The notes beneath the pieces were generated by a model that did not search any database, had not been told where the DNA came from, and saw only the letters and a list, made by a program, of their open reading frames with translations. A stretch of 64,000 nt of DNA from a virus (lineage: Duplodnaviria; Caudoviricetes): positions 9,133-73,132 of IMG/VR virus record IMGVR_UViG_3300030330_005136. One strand, given 5' to 3'. Each line of letters starts with the position of its first letter. Positions within the stretch are counted from its first letter, which is position 1. Shown piece by piece: positions 1 to 8,942 of this stretch. Both the position numbers and the translations under genes were made by a program.

Positions 1-6
1 AACAAA

Positions 7-363
7 ATGACTAAAGAAGCAATTCAACTTGAAGAAAAAAGAACTTATTACGAAGCAGTAAACAACTTGCTTGAGAACATCAAAACCGACTATGCTAAGT
101 GGACTACTTGGGAAGAAGGAATCGAAAGATTCAACAATGGTATTAGATGTGAAGATGGTAGAAAGTATACCAAAGTTATCACAGGCACGAGTGTTTGGGG
201 TTTCATCGCTAAAACCGATGGAGTTGTAAAGGGTGTGCCTTGTAAAAAAGGTGATGTGTTCAAAGCTGCTGGTTGGAGAGGTCCTGCCAGATATACTAGA
301 GGCAATATCTTTGCTGAGAACCAAAACTATTTTCAGTGGACTGGTCCTAACTACATGAGATAA
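7..363 (+). CDS. Conserved phage hypothetical protein (118 aa)
   Basis: Clean ORF. Its C-terminal motif GDVFKAAGWRGPARYTRGNI resembles a small protein family common in T4-like phages (recalled, not searched). Confidence 0.8.
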   Translation: MTKEAIQLEEKRTYYEAVNNLLENIKTDYAKWTTWEEGIERFNNGIRCEDGRKYTKVITGTSVWGFIAKTDGVVKGVPCKKGDVFKAAGWRGPARYTRGNIFAENQNYFQWTGPNYMR

Positions 364-509
364 TGATGGATGTCCTAAGAAATATCATTGGAATCATATT
401 GAACCTAAGTATGGCACTTGGGTTCTTTATGATGCTTCATATAATGAGAGCAATAATTTATTTAAAAAAAGATAAAAAAATGCTTGACTTTGTCAAAAAA
501 AATTCGTAA
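363..509 (+). CDS. Possible 48-aa membrane peptide (not in ORF track)
   Basis: ATG overlaps the upstream TAA (TAATG). Translates MMDVLRNIIGIILNLSMALGFFMMLHIMRAIIYLKKDKKMLDFVKKNS, one hydrophobic segment plus a basic tail. The 3' end overlaps the next promoter. Confidence 0.45.
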   Translation: MMDVLRNIIGIILNLSMALGFFMMLHIMRAIIYLKKDKKMLDFVKKNS

Positions 510-512
510 TAT
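484..512 (+). promoter_or_regulatory. sigma70-like early promoter
   Basis: TTGACT-N17-TAATAT, followed by an AAGGA RBS and the ATG at 539. Confidence 0.75.
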
Positions 513-538
513 CATATATCAATAATAAGGAAATAATA

Positions 539-811
539 ATGAACTTAAATAAAAAAGATCAAAAAGAAATACTAGAATATTTAAAACACATCACCAGTGA
601 GTTAACCGATGCTTACAATACAGCGCCTGATACACCAGAGACGAGTGATACCCTATACTACATAGATACTGCCAGAGACTTGGTTGATGAACTAACAATC
701 AATATTGAGGATAATCAAGAAGCACCTGTTCCTCATGAAGATATGGATAGAGAAGGTGGACTTAAAGGTCCTGATGGACTTCCTTTGAACTTCCCATTTG
801 GAGACAAGTAA
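539..811 (+). CDS. Hypothetical acidic protein (90 aa)
   Basis: ORF with RBS, directly downstream of a promoter. Confidence 0.8.
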   Translation: MNLNKKDQKEILEYLKHITSELTDAYNTAPDTPETSDTLYYIDTARDLVDELTINIEDNQEAPVPHEDMDREGGLKGPDGLPLNFPFGDK

Positions 812-927
812 TGTTAGAAATCATAATTGGAATATCAGTTTGTGCTCAGTTCGTTATGTGGGCTTATTTTCAAACTCAAATAAATATATTGAATTACAAA
901 TTAGAGGTAAGTAATGGAATACAATAA
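811..927 (+). CDS. Small 38-aa membrane peptide (not in ORF track)
   Basis: TAATG coupling to the upstream stop. Translates MLEIIIGISVCAQFVMWAYFQTQINILNYKLEVSNGIQ. It fills the gap between two genes and supplies the GAGG RBS for 914. Confidence 0.6.
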   Translation: MLEIIIGISVCAQFVMWAYFQTQINILNYKLEVSNGIQ

Positions 928-1255
928 TCTTGCAAGTTACGGAATGGCATCCTTTGAAAAAGAGCCGATAAGTCACTGTTGTGGTGCTGAAGCTATATAT
1001 GCAAATGGATATGCAGTCTATGGATTGCCACATTGTGATGATTGTGAAGAAGAATGTTTTAACATCCATGATGATGATGATGAAAGAGCCGCTCAACTAT
1101 TGGCTCACTTAGAAATTTGCTTTGATGACCTTGAGGAAGGTCAGACATCAGTTGATTATTTTCTTGAGTTGGTAGAAGATAAAGATCATCCATATCTAGA
1201 TGGTTTAAATCCTCAGCATCCATTCAATAGTTATTATGATTTTTTTGGAAAATAA
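914..1255 (+). CDS. Hypothetical protein with Cys-cluster (zinc-ribbon-like) motif
   Basis: SHCCGA...HCDDCEEEC motif; acidic C-terminal half. Confidence 0.75.
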   Translation: MEYNNLASYGMASFEKEPISHCCGAEAIYANGYAVYGLPHCDDCEEECFNIHDDDDERAAQLLAHLEICFDDLEEGQTSVDYFLELVEDKDHPYLDGLNPQHPFNSYYDFFGK

Positions 1256-1268
1256 TTAAAAATAATGC

Positions 1269-1297
1269 TTGCTTTTGTCAATATTTCTTTGTAATTT
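1269..1297 (+). promoter_or_regulatory. sigma70-like early promoter
   Basis: TTGCTT-N17-TAATTT. It shares 16/18 nt (AATGCTTG-NN-TTTGTCAA) and GTAAT at identical spacing with the promoter at 484. Confidence 0.7.
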
Positions 1298-1340
1298 AAC
1301 GTATCGAAAATAACCAATAAATAATAAAAAGGATAAATAA

Positions 1341-1754
1341 ATGACTTACTTATTTGAATACACAATCTTAGATGACAACATTAAAGTTGAATATACATTC
1401 AGCACCGTTACTGATGGAATCAAAGTTATCGACATGTGGGTTGATGACAAACCTCATGATGTAAATTGGATGGGGCCTGAAGCCAGAGCTAAGCTAATGG
1501 CTAGACTTGAGAATGACTTCACTAATAGAATGTGTGGTACTAATGATGATGAATCTTATATGGATAATTTACTAACTACTGGCTTCGGTGAGGTATCTGA
1601 ACAAGATGAATTTGCTGAAGGTGGTGGGTACAATGGTTTTGAAACCGAAGTTGATCTTGATAGGGATATGCCTGGATTCGAGGGTACGATGGATGCCCTA
1701 GAGGATATGGTTGATGGTGTTGTTGGAGAACCTGAATTCTTAGGAGGCAGATAA
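1341..1754 (+). CDS. Hypothetical acidic protein (137 aa)
   Basis: ORF with AAGGA RBS after a promoter. Confidence 0.8.
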   Translation: MTYLFEYTILDDNIKVEYTFSTVTDGIKVIDMWVDDKPHDVNWMGPEARAKLMARLENDFTNRMCGTNDDESYMDNLLTTGFGEVSEQDEFAEGGGYNGFETEVDLDRDMPGFEGTMDALEDMVDGVVGEPEFLGGR

Positions 1755-1755
1755 T

Positions 1756-2067
1756 ATGTTTGGATTAAATGAAACAAGATATGGAACTAAAGACCTTATT
1801 GCTTGGGATGTAAATGGTGGTGTCGAAGACATCACCTTACACAACCTGCTCGTGGAAGTGGGGTTGCTCGATGAAGGTCATGATCATGAAGAGCTAACTG
1901 TTGTATGGGAGTATGCCGACCAAGAAATATCCATCCAAGAGATATATGATAATGATTCAGGTAAGGTGCTATGGAGACTACCAGAGGATGAAGCATATTC
2001 AGAAGAAGATGATGTTATAATGAATTCACTTCTCATGTGGGGTGAGTTAGAAAGTACAATAATGTAA
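1756..2067 (+). CDS. Hypothetical acidic protein (103 aa)
   Basis: Tightly packed ORF with GGAGG RBS. Confidence 0.8.
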   Translation: MFGLNETRYGTKDLIAWDVNGGVEDITLHNLLVEVGLLDEGHDHEELTVVWEYADQEISIQEIYDNDSGKVLWRLPEDEAYSEEDDVIMNSLLMWGELESTIM

Positions 2068-2267
2068 TGGAACATTTTAAAGACATACTTCGTATATATA
2101 GGAAATCGGGCTACGACTTAGCACTCTCTTACTCTCGTAACTTACTCATCAACGGCAAAATTTCTTTTAACTCTCATAATAAAATATCCGAATCTCTCTC
2201 CTCATTCGAGGTCATGCCTCGTAAGGTAAGAAAGATTTTACTTGACAAATCAACAATAATTTTGTAA
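2067..2267 (+). CDS. Hypothetical basic protein (66 aa)
   Basis: TAATG coupling; the 3' end overlaps the next promoter. Confidence 0.65.
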   Translation: MEHFKDILRIYRKSGYDLALSYSRNLLINGKISFNSHNKISESLSSFEVMPRKVRKILLDKSTIIL

Positions 2268-2270
2268 ATT
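2242..2270 (+). promoter_or_regulatory. sigma70-like promoter
   Basis: TTGACA-N17-TAAATT, then TAGGAG RBS and the ATG at 2296. Confidence 0.75.
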
Positions 2271-2295
2271 ACATTAACACTAATAGGAGAATATA

Positions 2296-2538
2296 ATGGC
2301 AATAAACATAAAAAAGATCGACTTATCACAGTTCATGTTAAATGAAGATGATGAGAAGATGATGAAGAAGATGGACAAGAAGTCTTCACCTGATGAAGAT
2401 ATCAAACCGAGTGTAAACCTCGACTATGTAGATGAGGCAACACTAGAAGAGAATATCACAGCAGCTGGTGATTACTATGACTACGATGGTAGGGAAAGTA
2501 TTAATGACCTGGAAGATCTTGGAATGGATATTTACTAG
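2296..2538 (+). CDS. Hypothetical acidic protein (80 aa)
   Basis: Strong AGGAG RBS; clean ORF. Confidence 0.8.
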   Translation: MAINIKKIDLSQFMLNEDDEKMMKKMDKKSSPDEDIKPSVNLDYVDEATLEENITAAGDYYDYDGRESINDLEDLGMDIY

Positions 2539-2557
2539 GTCGATGATATTTATGAGT

Positions 2558-2869
2558 ATGGAAGTATCAAATGAAGAGCTACAAGAGCTACTAACTAGAT
2601 TTATGGATCGTCTCGATAAGATGGAAAAAGAACGTGATGTCATGAAGAAGAAGCTTGATAGAATGCACAATCATATCAGAGATGTAAATAAAGCACTTGA
2701 CGAATTATACTATAGTATGGGTGATGAGCAAGACATCGAGTTTAATGTCTCAGAAGAAGAATTAGAACATGTAAGAAGCATTACTAATTTAATTCAAGAT
2801 GATAAGATGGAATTTCTAGATGACGATCAGTTCAAATCAATGATACATTCTGTAGTCGGAGAATCATAA
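2558..2869 (+). CDS. Hypothetical coiled-coil protein (about 103 aa; start revised from 2468)
   Basis: The 2468 start overlaps the previous gene by 71 nt. The ATG at 2558 follows the ATATTTAT motif exactly as at 32767. Heptad-like MDRLDKMEKERDVMKKKLDRM. Confidence 0.7.
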   Translation: MEVSNEELQELLTRFMDRLDKMEKERDVMKKKLDRMHNHIRDVNKALDELYYSMGDEQDIEFNVSEEELEHVRSITNLIQDDKMEFLDDDQFKSMIHSVVGES

Positions 2870-2873
2870 TCTA

Positions 2874-3170
2874 ATGGTATTCGAAATCCTTTGTGCCATT
2901 TTAGGCATAATCTTAATCTTTCTAATTATGCTGATATACTATAGTTTAAAACGTATCACCACATATGAAGAAATAATATTACAAATAAACGATAAAATAG
3001 AATATGTAAATGCTCAACTAAAACTAATAGATGAAAAGGGAACTTTTGAGGCCGATGATGAAGTGGGTTTCTTTTTTCAAGAACTAAAAGAAGTCGGCAA
3101 AATACTTGATAATTTATTTGAAGAGGTTGATGATGCCCCCACTAAAAAAGAAGAGAAAGAAGAAGAGTAA
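2874..3170 (+). CDS. Small protein with N-terminal transmembrane helix
   Basis: FEILCAILGIILIFLIMLIYY followed by an acidic soluble region. Confidence 0.8.
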   Translation: MVFEILCAILGIILIFLIMLIYYSLKRITTYEEIILQINDKIEYVNAQLKLIDEKGTFEADDEVGFFFQELKEVGKILDNLFEEVDDAPTKKEEKEEE

Positions 3171-3849
3171 AATATATTTCGGAACACCTGTACATGATGC
3201 CATAGTAGCATATAACAGATCAGATGATTATACATTTAGACATAAAATATACACAGATGAAATCCATCCAGCATTTCTAAAACTTGCTGAAAACATAATC
3301 AATACATTTAAGTTTAGTTACTTTGATTATGGTTTTAGAGATTTACAAGAAGAAGTGGTATCCAACCTTGTAATAAACATGCACAAGTTTGATGAGACTC
3401 GTGGTTCGAAAGCATTTAGTTATTTCTCTATTGTTGCTAAAAACTATCTGATATTGAATAACAATGCTAATTATAAAAAAATGAAATCTCATGATGATAT
3501 ATCTGTATTAAATGGACAAGGCACCATAGATAATAGCATCAATCCATCTATATCAAAAGAAATATTTGAAAAAACTGTTGAATATCTTTATGAAAGATTA
3601 GAAGTATTATTTCCAAAAGATAAAGATCGACATGTTGCTGAATCTATTTTATACTTGTGTAAGAATAAAGATCAGATAGATAACTTCAATAAAAAGGCTC
3701 TGTACATAATGATTCGTGAAATGACAGATGTGCAGACATCAAAAATAACTCAAATATCCAATGTATTTCGTAAAATATATCCACGTATTCAAGAAGAAAT
3801 ACTGTCAAAGGGTCATATTGACAACCTTGCAATAACTGGTTCTATATAA
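3130..3849 (+). CDS. Phage RNA polymerase sigma factor (T4 gp55-like late sigma)
   Basis: Sigma region-2-like DLQEEVVSNLVINMHKFDETRGSKAFSYFSIVAKNYL. It sits immediately upstream of the structural module. GAGG RBS before the ATGs at 3130/3133. Confidence 0.7.
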   Translation: MMPPLKKKRKKKSKIYFGTPVHDAIVAYNRSDDYTFRHKIYTDEIHPAFLKLAENIINTFKFSYFDYGFRDLQEEVVSNLVINMHKFDETRGSKAFSYFSIVAKNYLILNNNANYKKMKSHDDISVLNGQGTIDNSINPSISKEIFEKTVEYLYERLEVLFPKDKDRHVAESILYLCKNKDQIDNFNKKALYIMIREMTDVQTSKITQISNVFRKIYPRIQEEILSKGHIDNLAITGSI

Positions 3850-3863
3850 TATTCCTTGTATCC

Positions 3864-3873
3864 TATATTTATA
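3864..3873 (+). promoter_or_regulatory. Candidate late promoter TATATTTATA
   Basis: The same 10-mer occurs in intergenic gaps at 3864, 27846, 37786 and 57019, each ahead of a structural gene block. Confidence 0.6.
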
Positions 3874-3887
3874 ATTAGGATACTTAT

Positions 3888-4283
3888 ATGGATAATGACT
3901 TTAAAATATTTGGTGATAAGAACTTCTCTGATTTATCGAAGGAGATATACGAGAATTCTAAACTAAAAAAGACACAGATTGATCTTTTAATTCAAGAAGT
4001 GCATGGATACATACAAGGCATAGAAGATATTGCGGTTGTAGGTCCTATAATAAAAGAATTGATGGATGTAGGAATCAAGAATGATGATAATCTAGTTAAA
4101 TTAGCAACTTTATATCAAAGACTTATGGCTAAAACTATGACAGCAGAATCAGATGTTACATTATTATCCGATGAAGAAAAAGAAGAATTAATGAATGCTC
4201 TTGAAGATGTATCCACGGATTTACAAAAAAAATCAGATGAGATAGGTATAGAAGAACTTAGAAAAAAATACGGAGACTCGTAA
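3888..4283 (+). CDS. Conserved phage hypothetical helical protein (131 aa)
   Basis: Clean ORF heading the structural operon; AGGA RBS. Confidence 0.8.
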   Translation: MDNDFKIFGDKNFSDLSKEIYENSKLKKTQIDLLIQEVHGYIQGIEDIAVVGPIIKELMDVGIKNDDNLVKLATLYQRLMAKTMTAESDVTLLSDEEKEELMNALEDVSTDLQKKSDEIGIEELRKKYGDS

Positions 4284-5681
4284 ATGTCTTTTAGTTTTCA
4301 ACTTGGAAGAGTTAAATCTGTATTTACATCTAACTCTGATACTAAACCGTTGGAAAGCACCCCAGCACAAACTGGTAGGATATTATTCAATCCCATAAAT
4401 GATGAGAACCCTTCGAGTAAAAGTTTGTCTGCAATACCTTTATTTCGTGGTTATAATGATTCCATACAGCATGGTGATTTAATTTTATATGCCGTAATAA
4501 CAAAACGTATTTATTATTTAGGACCACTTAATACACAAAACAATCCGTCTAAGACAATTGATCCTGCGTATAATCCTAGACGTGGTGGATTAAATCAAAA
4601 TGAAGATTTGTCAAAAGATAATGCCGACGGTACAAACAAATTGATACCTAATTTTTCTGTTCCTAAACTAGCTAAGATAGCTAATAATAAAATGGATTTT
4701 CCTGCAATATCTGATCGAATAGATTACAACTCGATACTATATAGCGAATCAACGTTTTCAGATTTAGTTTTAGAGGGAAGGTATGGTAATGCTATCAGAA
4801 TAGGTGCACGTAATCTAAATCCAACTTTAATAATATCAAATAATAATAAATCAGAATCAGAAACCCTAGGCGGTGGTGGCTCTATATTTGCTATGACATC
4901 AATCGGCACTATTGACAACAACTTTCCTTCTGAAATACATAAGGAAAAAAGAAATAATGAATTAATAGATGTGCCTGGATACAGATTATCTGCAGACTCG
5001 GATGGTTTTAATATCAATAGAGGAAATGATATTGTTAACGAGGAGATACCCGAAAGTAGATTTAATTACAATTATGGATTTATAAAAGATTATATACCTG
5101 ATGAATCTATAAACCCTAATAATGAATTTGATCAGATAATAATATCATCTGATAGGTTGATATTTAATTCAACTGTTGAAGATGTGACGATATCAGCAAA
5201 TCGTAATATTAATCTAGGAAGTAATAAGAACTTTACATTAAACAATAAAGGTTTCTCAGTATTTCAATCTCAGAATATTTATATAGGAGAAGAAGCGAAA
5301 AAGAGAGATGAACCCATGGTATTGGGTAATAAGCTTCAGAATTTATTAGTAAGGATATTAAGATTATTAGGGGATGCTCAGGCACTCGGTGATATGAATG
5401 TTCCGCAGAAACTAACGTTGTTTCCAAACATACATGTTGCCGGTACTTTGAGTCAAGAAGTGGATAACATAATGCAAGAATTTAATCTAGGAACTATTCA
5501 GCCTGGGCAGAATCCAGTACCTGAATTCGAAAGGAATTTAGATGAAAATGGCAATGCTGTATCAGACAACATTACCGGTCAAGCATCATTTTTATCAAAT
5601 AGACATTTTGTAGAACCAAATAGAGTGGAAGTAGAGGTTCAAGGTCCTCCGGCACCACTTGAAAATCAAGCACCAACATAG
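4284..5681 (+). CDS. Baseplate hub / central spike protein (gp5/VgrG-like, no lysozyme domain recognised)
   Basis: N-terminal OB-fold-like region (LGRVKSV...AIPLFRGYNDSIQHGDLI), DLVLEGRYGNAIRIG, and the beta-helix-like QIIISSDRLIFNS...NIYIG...EPMVLG; lies upstream of the gp25-like gene. Confidence 0.6.
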   Translation: MSFSFQLGRVKSVFTSNSDTKPLESTPAQTGRILFNPINDENPSSKSLSAIPLFRGYNDSIQHGDLILYAVITKRIYYLGPLNTQNNPSKTIDPAYNPRRGGLNQNEDLSKDNADGTNKLIPNFSVPKLAKIANNKMDFPAISDRIDYNSILYSESTFSDLVLEGRYGNAIRIGARNLNPTLIISNNNKSESETLGGGGSIFAMTSIGTIDNNFPSEIHKEKRNNELIDVPGYRLSADSDGFNINRGNDIVNEEIPESRFNYNYGFIKDYIPDESINPNNEFDQIIISSDRLIFNSTVEDVTISANRNINLGSNKNFTLNNKGFSVFQSQNIYIGEEAKKRDEPMVLGNKLQNLLVRILRLLGDAQALGDMNVPQKLTLFPNIHVAGTLSQEVDNIMQEFNLGTIQPGQNPVPEFERNLDENGNAVSDNITGQASFLSNRHFVEPNRVEVEVQGPPAPLENQAPT

Positions 5682-5689
5682 GAGTGATA

Positions 5690-6097
5690 ATGAAGTTATC
5701 TTTATTTAAGAAAGTAATAAGAGAAGTGATAAGAGAAGAAATAGAATATTCTATTGCGGGACTTCGTAAAGAATTAAAAGAAGTACTGGTTAGTAAGATA
5801 AATGATGATATGCTAAACGAAACACCCTCTGTGGCACAGAGCACTAAGGTGGTTCAAAAACCGGTGACTGAATCAAAACAAAGAGTTCCGATGACAAAAG
5901 ACTCTATATTAAACAATTTATTAAAAGAAACTGCTGACTCGGGTGAATGGCAAAATATCAATAAAGAAGCTGAAAATACTTCTGTGATGGATCAAACTGA
6001 ACAATTACCCGATCATTTAGCAAACGCTTTCAATAAGGATTATTCAGGTGTTATGAAAGCTGTAGAAGAAAAGGCAAAGTTTAAAAATGGCGCTTAG
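5690..6097 (+). CDS. Conserved phage hypothetical protein
   Basis: MKLSLFKKVIREVIREEI N-terminus. AGGAG at 5680-5684 favours the ATG at 5690 over the GTG at 5684. Confidence 0.75.
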   Translation: MKLSLFKKVIREVIREEIEYSIAGLRKELKEVLVSKINDDMLNETPSVAQSTKVVQKPVTESKQRVPMTKDSILNNLLKETADSGEWQNINKEAENTSVMDQTEQLPDHLANAFNKDYSGVMKAVEEKAKFKNGA

Positions 6098-6521
6098 ACA
6101 ACCAAAAGATAGTTCAGGTGACTTACGACAAGATCTTAAACAGATTGCTATCGATAGGATAGGACAATCTGAGTATGATGCTATGGATAATATTAGTAAA
6201 CAAAAGATTAGTGAGTTTACAAATGAACAAGCAATTGCTATTCAGGCATTTTTACAAAGACAAGAATTGAACATAACTGATATGGAGGCATTTGGTATCA
6301 TTGAACCTGGTAGAATACAAACCTTACCATCCGTTGTAACTGGTGGTACAGCACCTGGTGGAGGACCTTTATTACCTGGTACATTAGCAGCGTCTACCCA
6401 AAATTCTAATAGAATAAAATTTAGAGTTCAGATAAGTGACACCTCAAACAAGGTTGGAATACCCGAAGTGGGTAGACAAGTAAAAAGAACTTTAGTTAAA
6501 TTTTTAAGGATATTTTTCTAA
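6087..6521 (+). CDS. Hypothetical protein in baseplate module (144 aa)
   Basis: Overlap-coupled on both sides. Confidence 0.75.
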   Translation: MALRQPKDSSGDLRQDLKQIAIDRIGQSEYDAMDNISKQKISEFTNEQAIAIQAFLQRQELNITDMEAFGIIEPGRIQTLPSVVTGGTAPGGGPLLPGTLAASTQNSNRIKFRVQISDTSNKVGIPEVGRQVKRTLVKFLRIFF

Positions 6522-6955
6522 TGGCTATAAGAGATACAAGAGTAAATCGATTTATTGAAGACCAAGACACTAGGGTAAGTGTTGGGTTACAGATGCCATT
6601 GGGTAGACAACCTGGATCTGGTGATGGATTCTTTGCGTCTACTAAAACAACAATTGATGCCGTAAAGGAAGATATCAAGATGTTATTACTAACTCAACAA
6701 GGGGAGCGATTATTTCAACCATTACTTGGTATGAATATTAGAAGATTTTTATTTGAACAGATTACAGAAAATACAGTGATTGAAATCGAGAATGATATTG
6801 TATCAACATTCTCACGATGGTTACCTTTTGTTCAGTTGAATGATATTAAAATAGATATAACTGAGCAAGATAAAAACAAAATTAAAATTGATATAAAATT
6901 CAATATAGCAAATGCACCAAATGATTTACAATCTGTTGGTGTGATATTGGGATAA
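6521..6955 (+). CDS. Baseplate wedge subunit, GPW/gp25 family
   Basis: AVKEDIKMLLLTQQGERLFQPLLG...LFEQ...IENDIVSTFSRWLPFVQL is the gp25 signature. Confidence 0.9.
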   Translation: MAIRDTRVNRFIEDQDTRVSVGLQMPLGRQPGSGDGFFASTKTTIDAVKEDIKMLLLTQQGERLFQPLLGMNIRRFLFEQITENTVIEIENDIVSTFSRWLPFVQLNDIKIDITEQDKNKIKIDIKFNIANAPNDLQSVGVILG

Positions 6956-6959
6956 AAAC

Positions 6960-8942
6960 ATGGCATATACAGATCAAAAGGTATCACCGACAAATATTAA
7001 TTACACGAGTAAAGATTTTTCAAGTCTAAAGGCCGACTTAATTCAATATACGAAAGCATATTTTCCTGATACATATAGAGATTTTAATGAGACATCACCT
7101 GGAATGATGTTGATAGAATTAGCTAGTTATGTGGGTGATGTGTTAAGTTATTACATTGATTACAACTATAAGGAAAGTTTACTCACCACTGCTACTGAAC
7201 GAAAAAATGTGATAAGGTTAGCAGAATTTTTAGGATATAAGACAACTCCTATAACCCCATCTGTTGTTAAACTTACTGTTACCACCGATGTATCTGCCGT
7301 CAATGGTATGCCTGATTTTAATTCTATACCTGCATCAACTAGAACTATTGATAGTGGATTACAGGTTTCATCGACTGAAAACTCTTCATTAGTATTTGAA
7401 ACGTTAGGAGAGGTTGATTTTACCATATCTGGTTCACCCGATACACCTTCACCTGAAATAATCAGTCGTGATGATACCGGCATTGCAAGTCAATACAGAT
7501 TGACTAGATTTGTAAATGCTGTATCCGGTGAAACAAAGACAAAATCCTTCACCATCACATCTCCAACCAAATTTTTAGAATTGAATTTAGGTGAAACTAA
7601 TGTTGTTGAAATACTTGATGTAAAAGATAGTTCAAATGCTAAATATTTCGAGGTTGATTATCTAGCACAAGATAGAATACTCAAGGAGATTCACTATTCG
7701 GATGATCCGGATAGACAGACTGCATATCAACAAGGTAGTGTTGGATTAGGAGAACAAGTTTCTGTTGATGTATCTATACCATATACTTTAGAATATATAA
7801 AGACTAATAAAAAGTTTGTGAGAAAAGTTGATCCGATAACCAACAATACTAAACTACAATTCGGTAATGGATTATACAGATTCAACATATCAGGTTCATC
7901 AAGTGCCGGATTATTCTCAACAATAGAACAACAAGGTATGTCGGTTTCGGGTGTTCCATCAACTGTGATCAACAGTGCAATAAACAATCTTACTACAAAT
8001 AATTCACTGAACCTCGGTGAGACACCGGCTAATACAATTATCACAGTAACCTATAGAGTTGGTGGTGGGGCTAATACCAATGTTCAAGCTGGCGAATTGA
8101 CAAACTTGGTTACTGCTATTAGCGGTATATCAGTGAACAATAGTGAACCAGCAAGTGGTGGTACTGATGGTGAAACTATTACTGAGATAAAAGAAAATGC
8201 TAAAACATTTTTTGCCTCTCAGCTAAGATGTGTGACTCGTGAGGACTATCAAGCTAGGATATTAAACTTACCAGCAAAGTTTGGTAATATAGCAAAAGCT
8301 CAAGTCGTTAGACTGAATGATATAAGCGGATTAAAAATTTATACATTATCCTATGACCAACGTAGAAAACTTACACAAACACCATTGTTAGTTTTGAATA
8401 ATTTAAGATTATATTTAGAACAATTTAGAATGATAAACGATGCTCTTGACTTTGGTTTTGATCTTAACATCGTAGACCCAAGCAATTCTGCATATGATAC
8501 ATCACTAATTTTTTCTGGCTATAAGATAAACTTTGGTGTTTTCTTTGAGGCAGTCGCCGATAGAAGATTTAATAAAACAGAAGTAAAACTAGAAATCATA
8601 GATTGTATTAGACAGTTTTTCATAATTGATAAAATGCAGTTTGGTCAAGCTATTAATCTCAATGAACTAAGATATGAAATATTAGGAAAAGATGGTGTTA
8701 TCGGGTTACCCACACTAAAGATTTTTCAAAGTACAGGAAACTTAGGTAACGAGTTTAGTGGAACTGAACGAATTTTATCTAGTGTTGATGCCGCAGGTAA
8801 TTCTGTTGGGACTGAAACAGGCTATGGTTTTTCATATCCATTTGAAGGTGCTTTAGAAAATGATATAATCAGACCATCGGTGACACCCGCAGTGTTTGAG
8901 CTAAGAGAACCAAATAATGATATCTATGGGAGGGTCTTGTAA
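6960..8942 (+). CDS. Baseplate wedge protein (T4 gp6 / baseplate-J-like)
   Basis: KDFSSLKADLIQY...DFNETSPGMMLIELASYVGDVLSYYID; GGTDGETITEIK...QLRCVTREDY; follows gp25. Confidence 0.9.
   Translation: MAYTDQKVSPTNINYTSKDFSSLKADLIQYTKAYFPDTYRDFNETSPGMMLIELASYVGDVLSYYIDYNYKESLLTTATERKNVIRLAEFLGYKTTPITPSVVKLTVTTDVSAVNGMPDFNSIPASTRTIDSGLQVSSTENSSLVFETLGEVDFTISGSPDTPSPEIISRDDTGIASQYRLTRFVNAVSGETKTKSFTITSPTKFLELNLGETNVVEILDVKDSSNAKYFEVDYLAQDRILKEIHYSDDPDRQTAYQQGSVGLGEQVSVDVSIPYTLEYIKTNKKFVRKVDPITNNTKLQFGNGLYRFNISGSSSAGLFSTIEQQGMSVSGVPSTVINSAINNLTTNNSLNLGETPANTIITVTYRVGGGANTNVQAGELTNLVTAISGISVNNSEPASGGTDGETITEIKENAKTFFASQLRCVTREDYQARILNLPAKFGNIAKAQVVRLNDISGLKIYTLSYDQRRKLTQTPLLVLNNLRLYLEQFRMINDALDFGFDLNIVDPSNSAYDTSLIFSGYKINFGVFFEAVADRRFNKTEVKLEIIDCIRQFFIIDKMQFGQAINLNELRYEILGKDGVIGLPTLKIFQSTGNLGNEFSGTERILSSVDAAGNSVGTETGYGFSYPFEGALENDIIRPSVTPAVFELREPNNDIYGRVL

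Noticed and set aside
2468-2557. Longer starts called by the ORF track (2468, 3106, 5684, 11386, 32731, 33643)
   Set aside because: They overlap upstream genes or promoter boxes; downstream ATGs have better RBS or promoter context.
3130-3175. NLS-like basic stretches (PPLKKKRKKK; also in 10578) suggesting a eukaryotic virus
   Set aside because: Shine-Dalgarno sites, sigma70-type promoters, a sigma factor and contractile-tail baseplate genes indicate a bacteriophage.
5275-5289. ATATTTATATAGGAG inside the gp5-like gene, resembling the late promoter plus RBS
   Set aside because: It encodes the conserved NIYIGE segment, and the nearest ATG (5308) is too far from the RBS and opens only a 13-codon frame. 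It shows the 8-mer can occur by chance.
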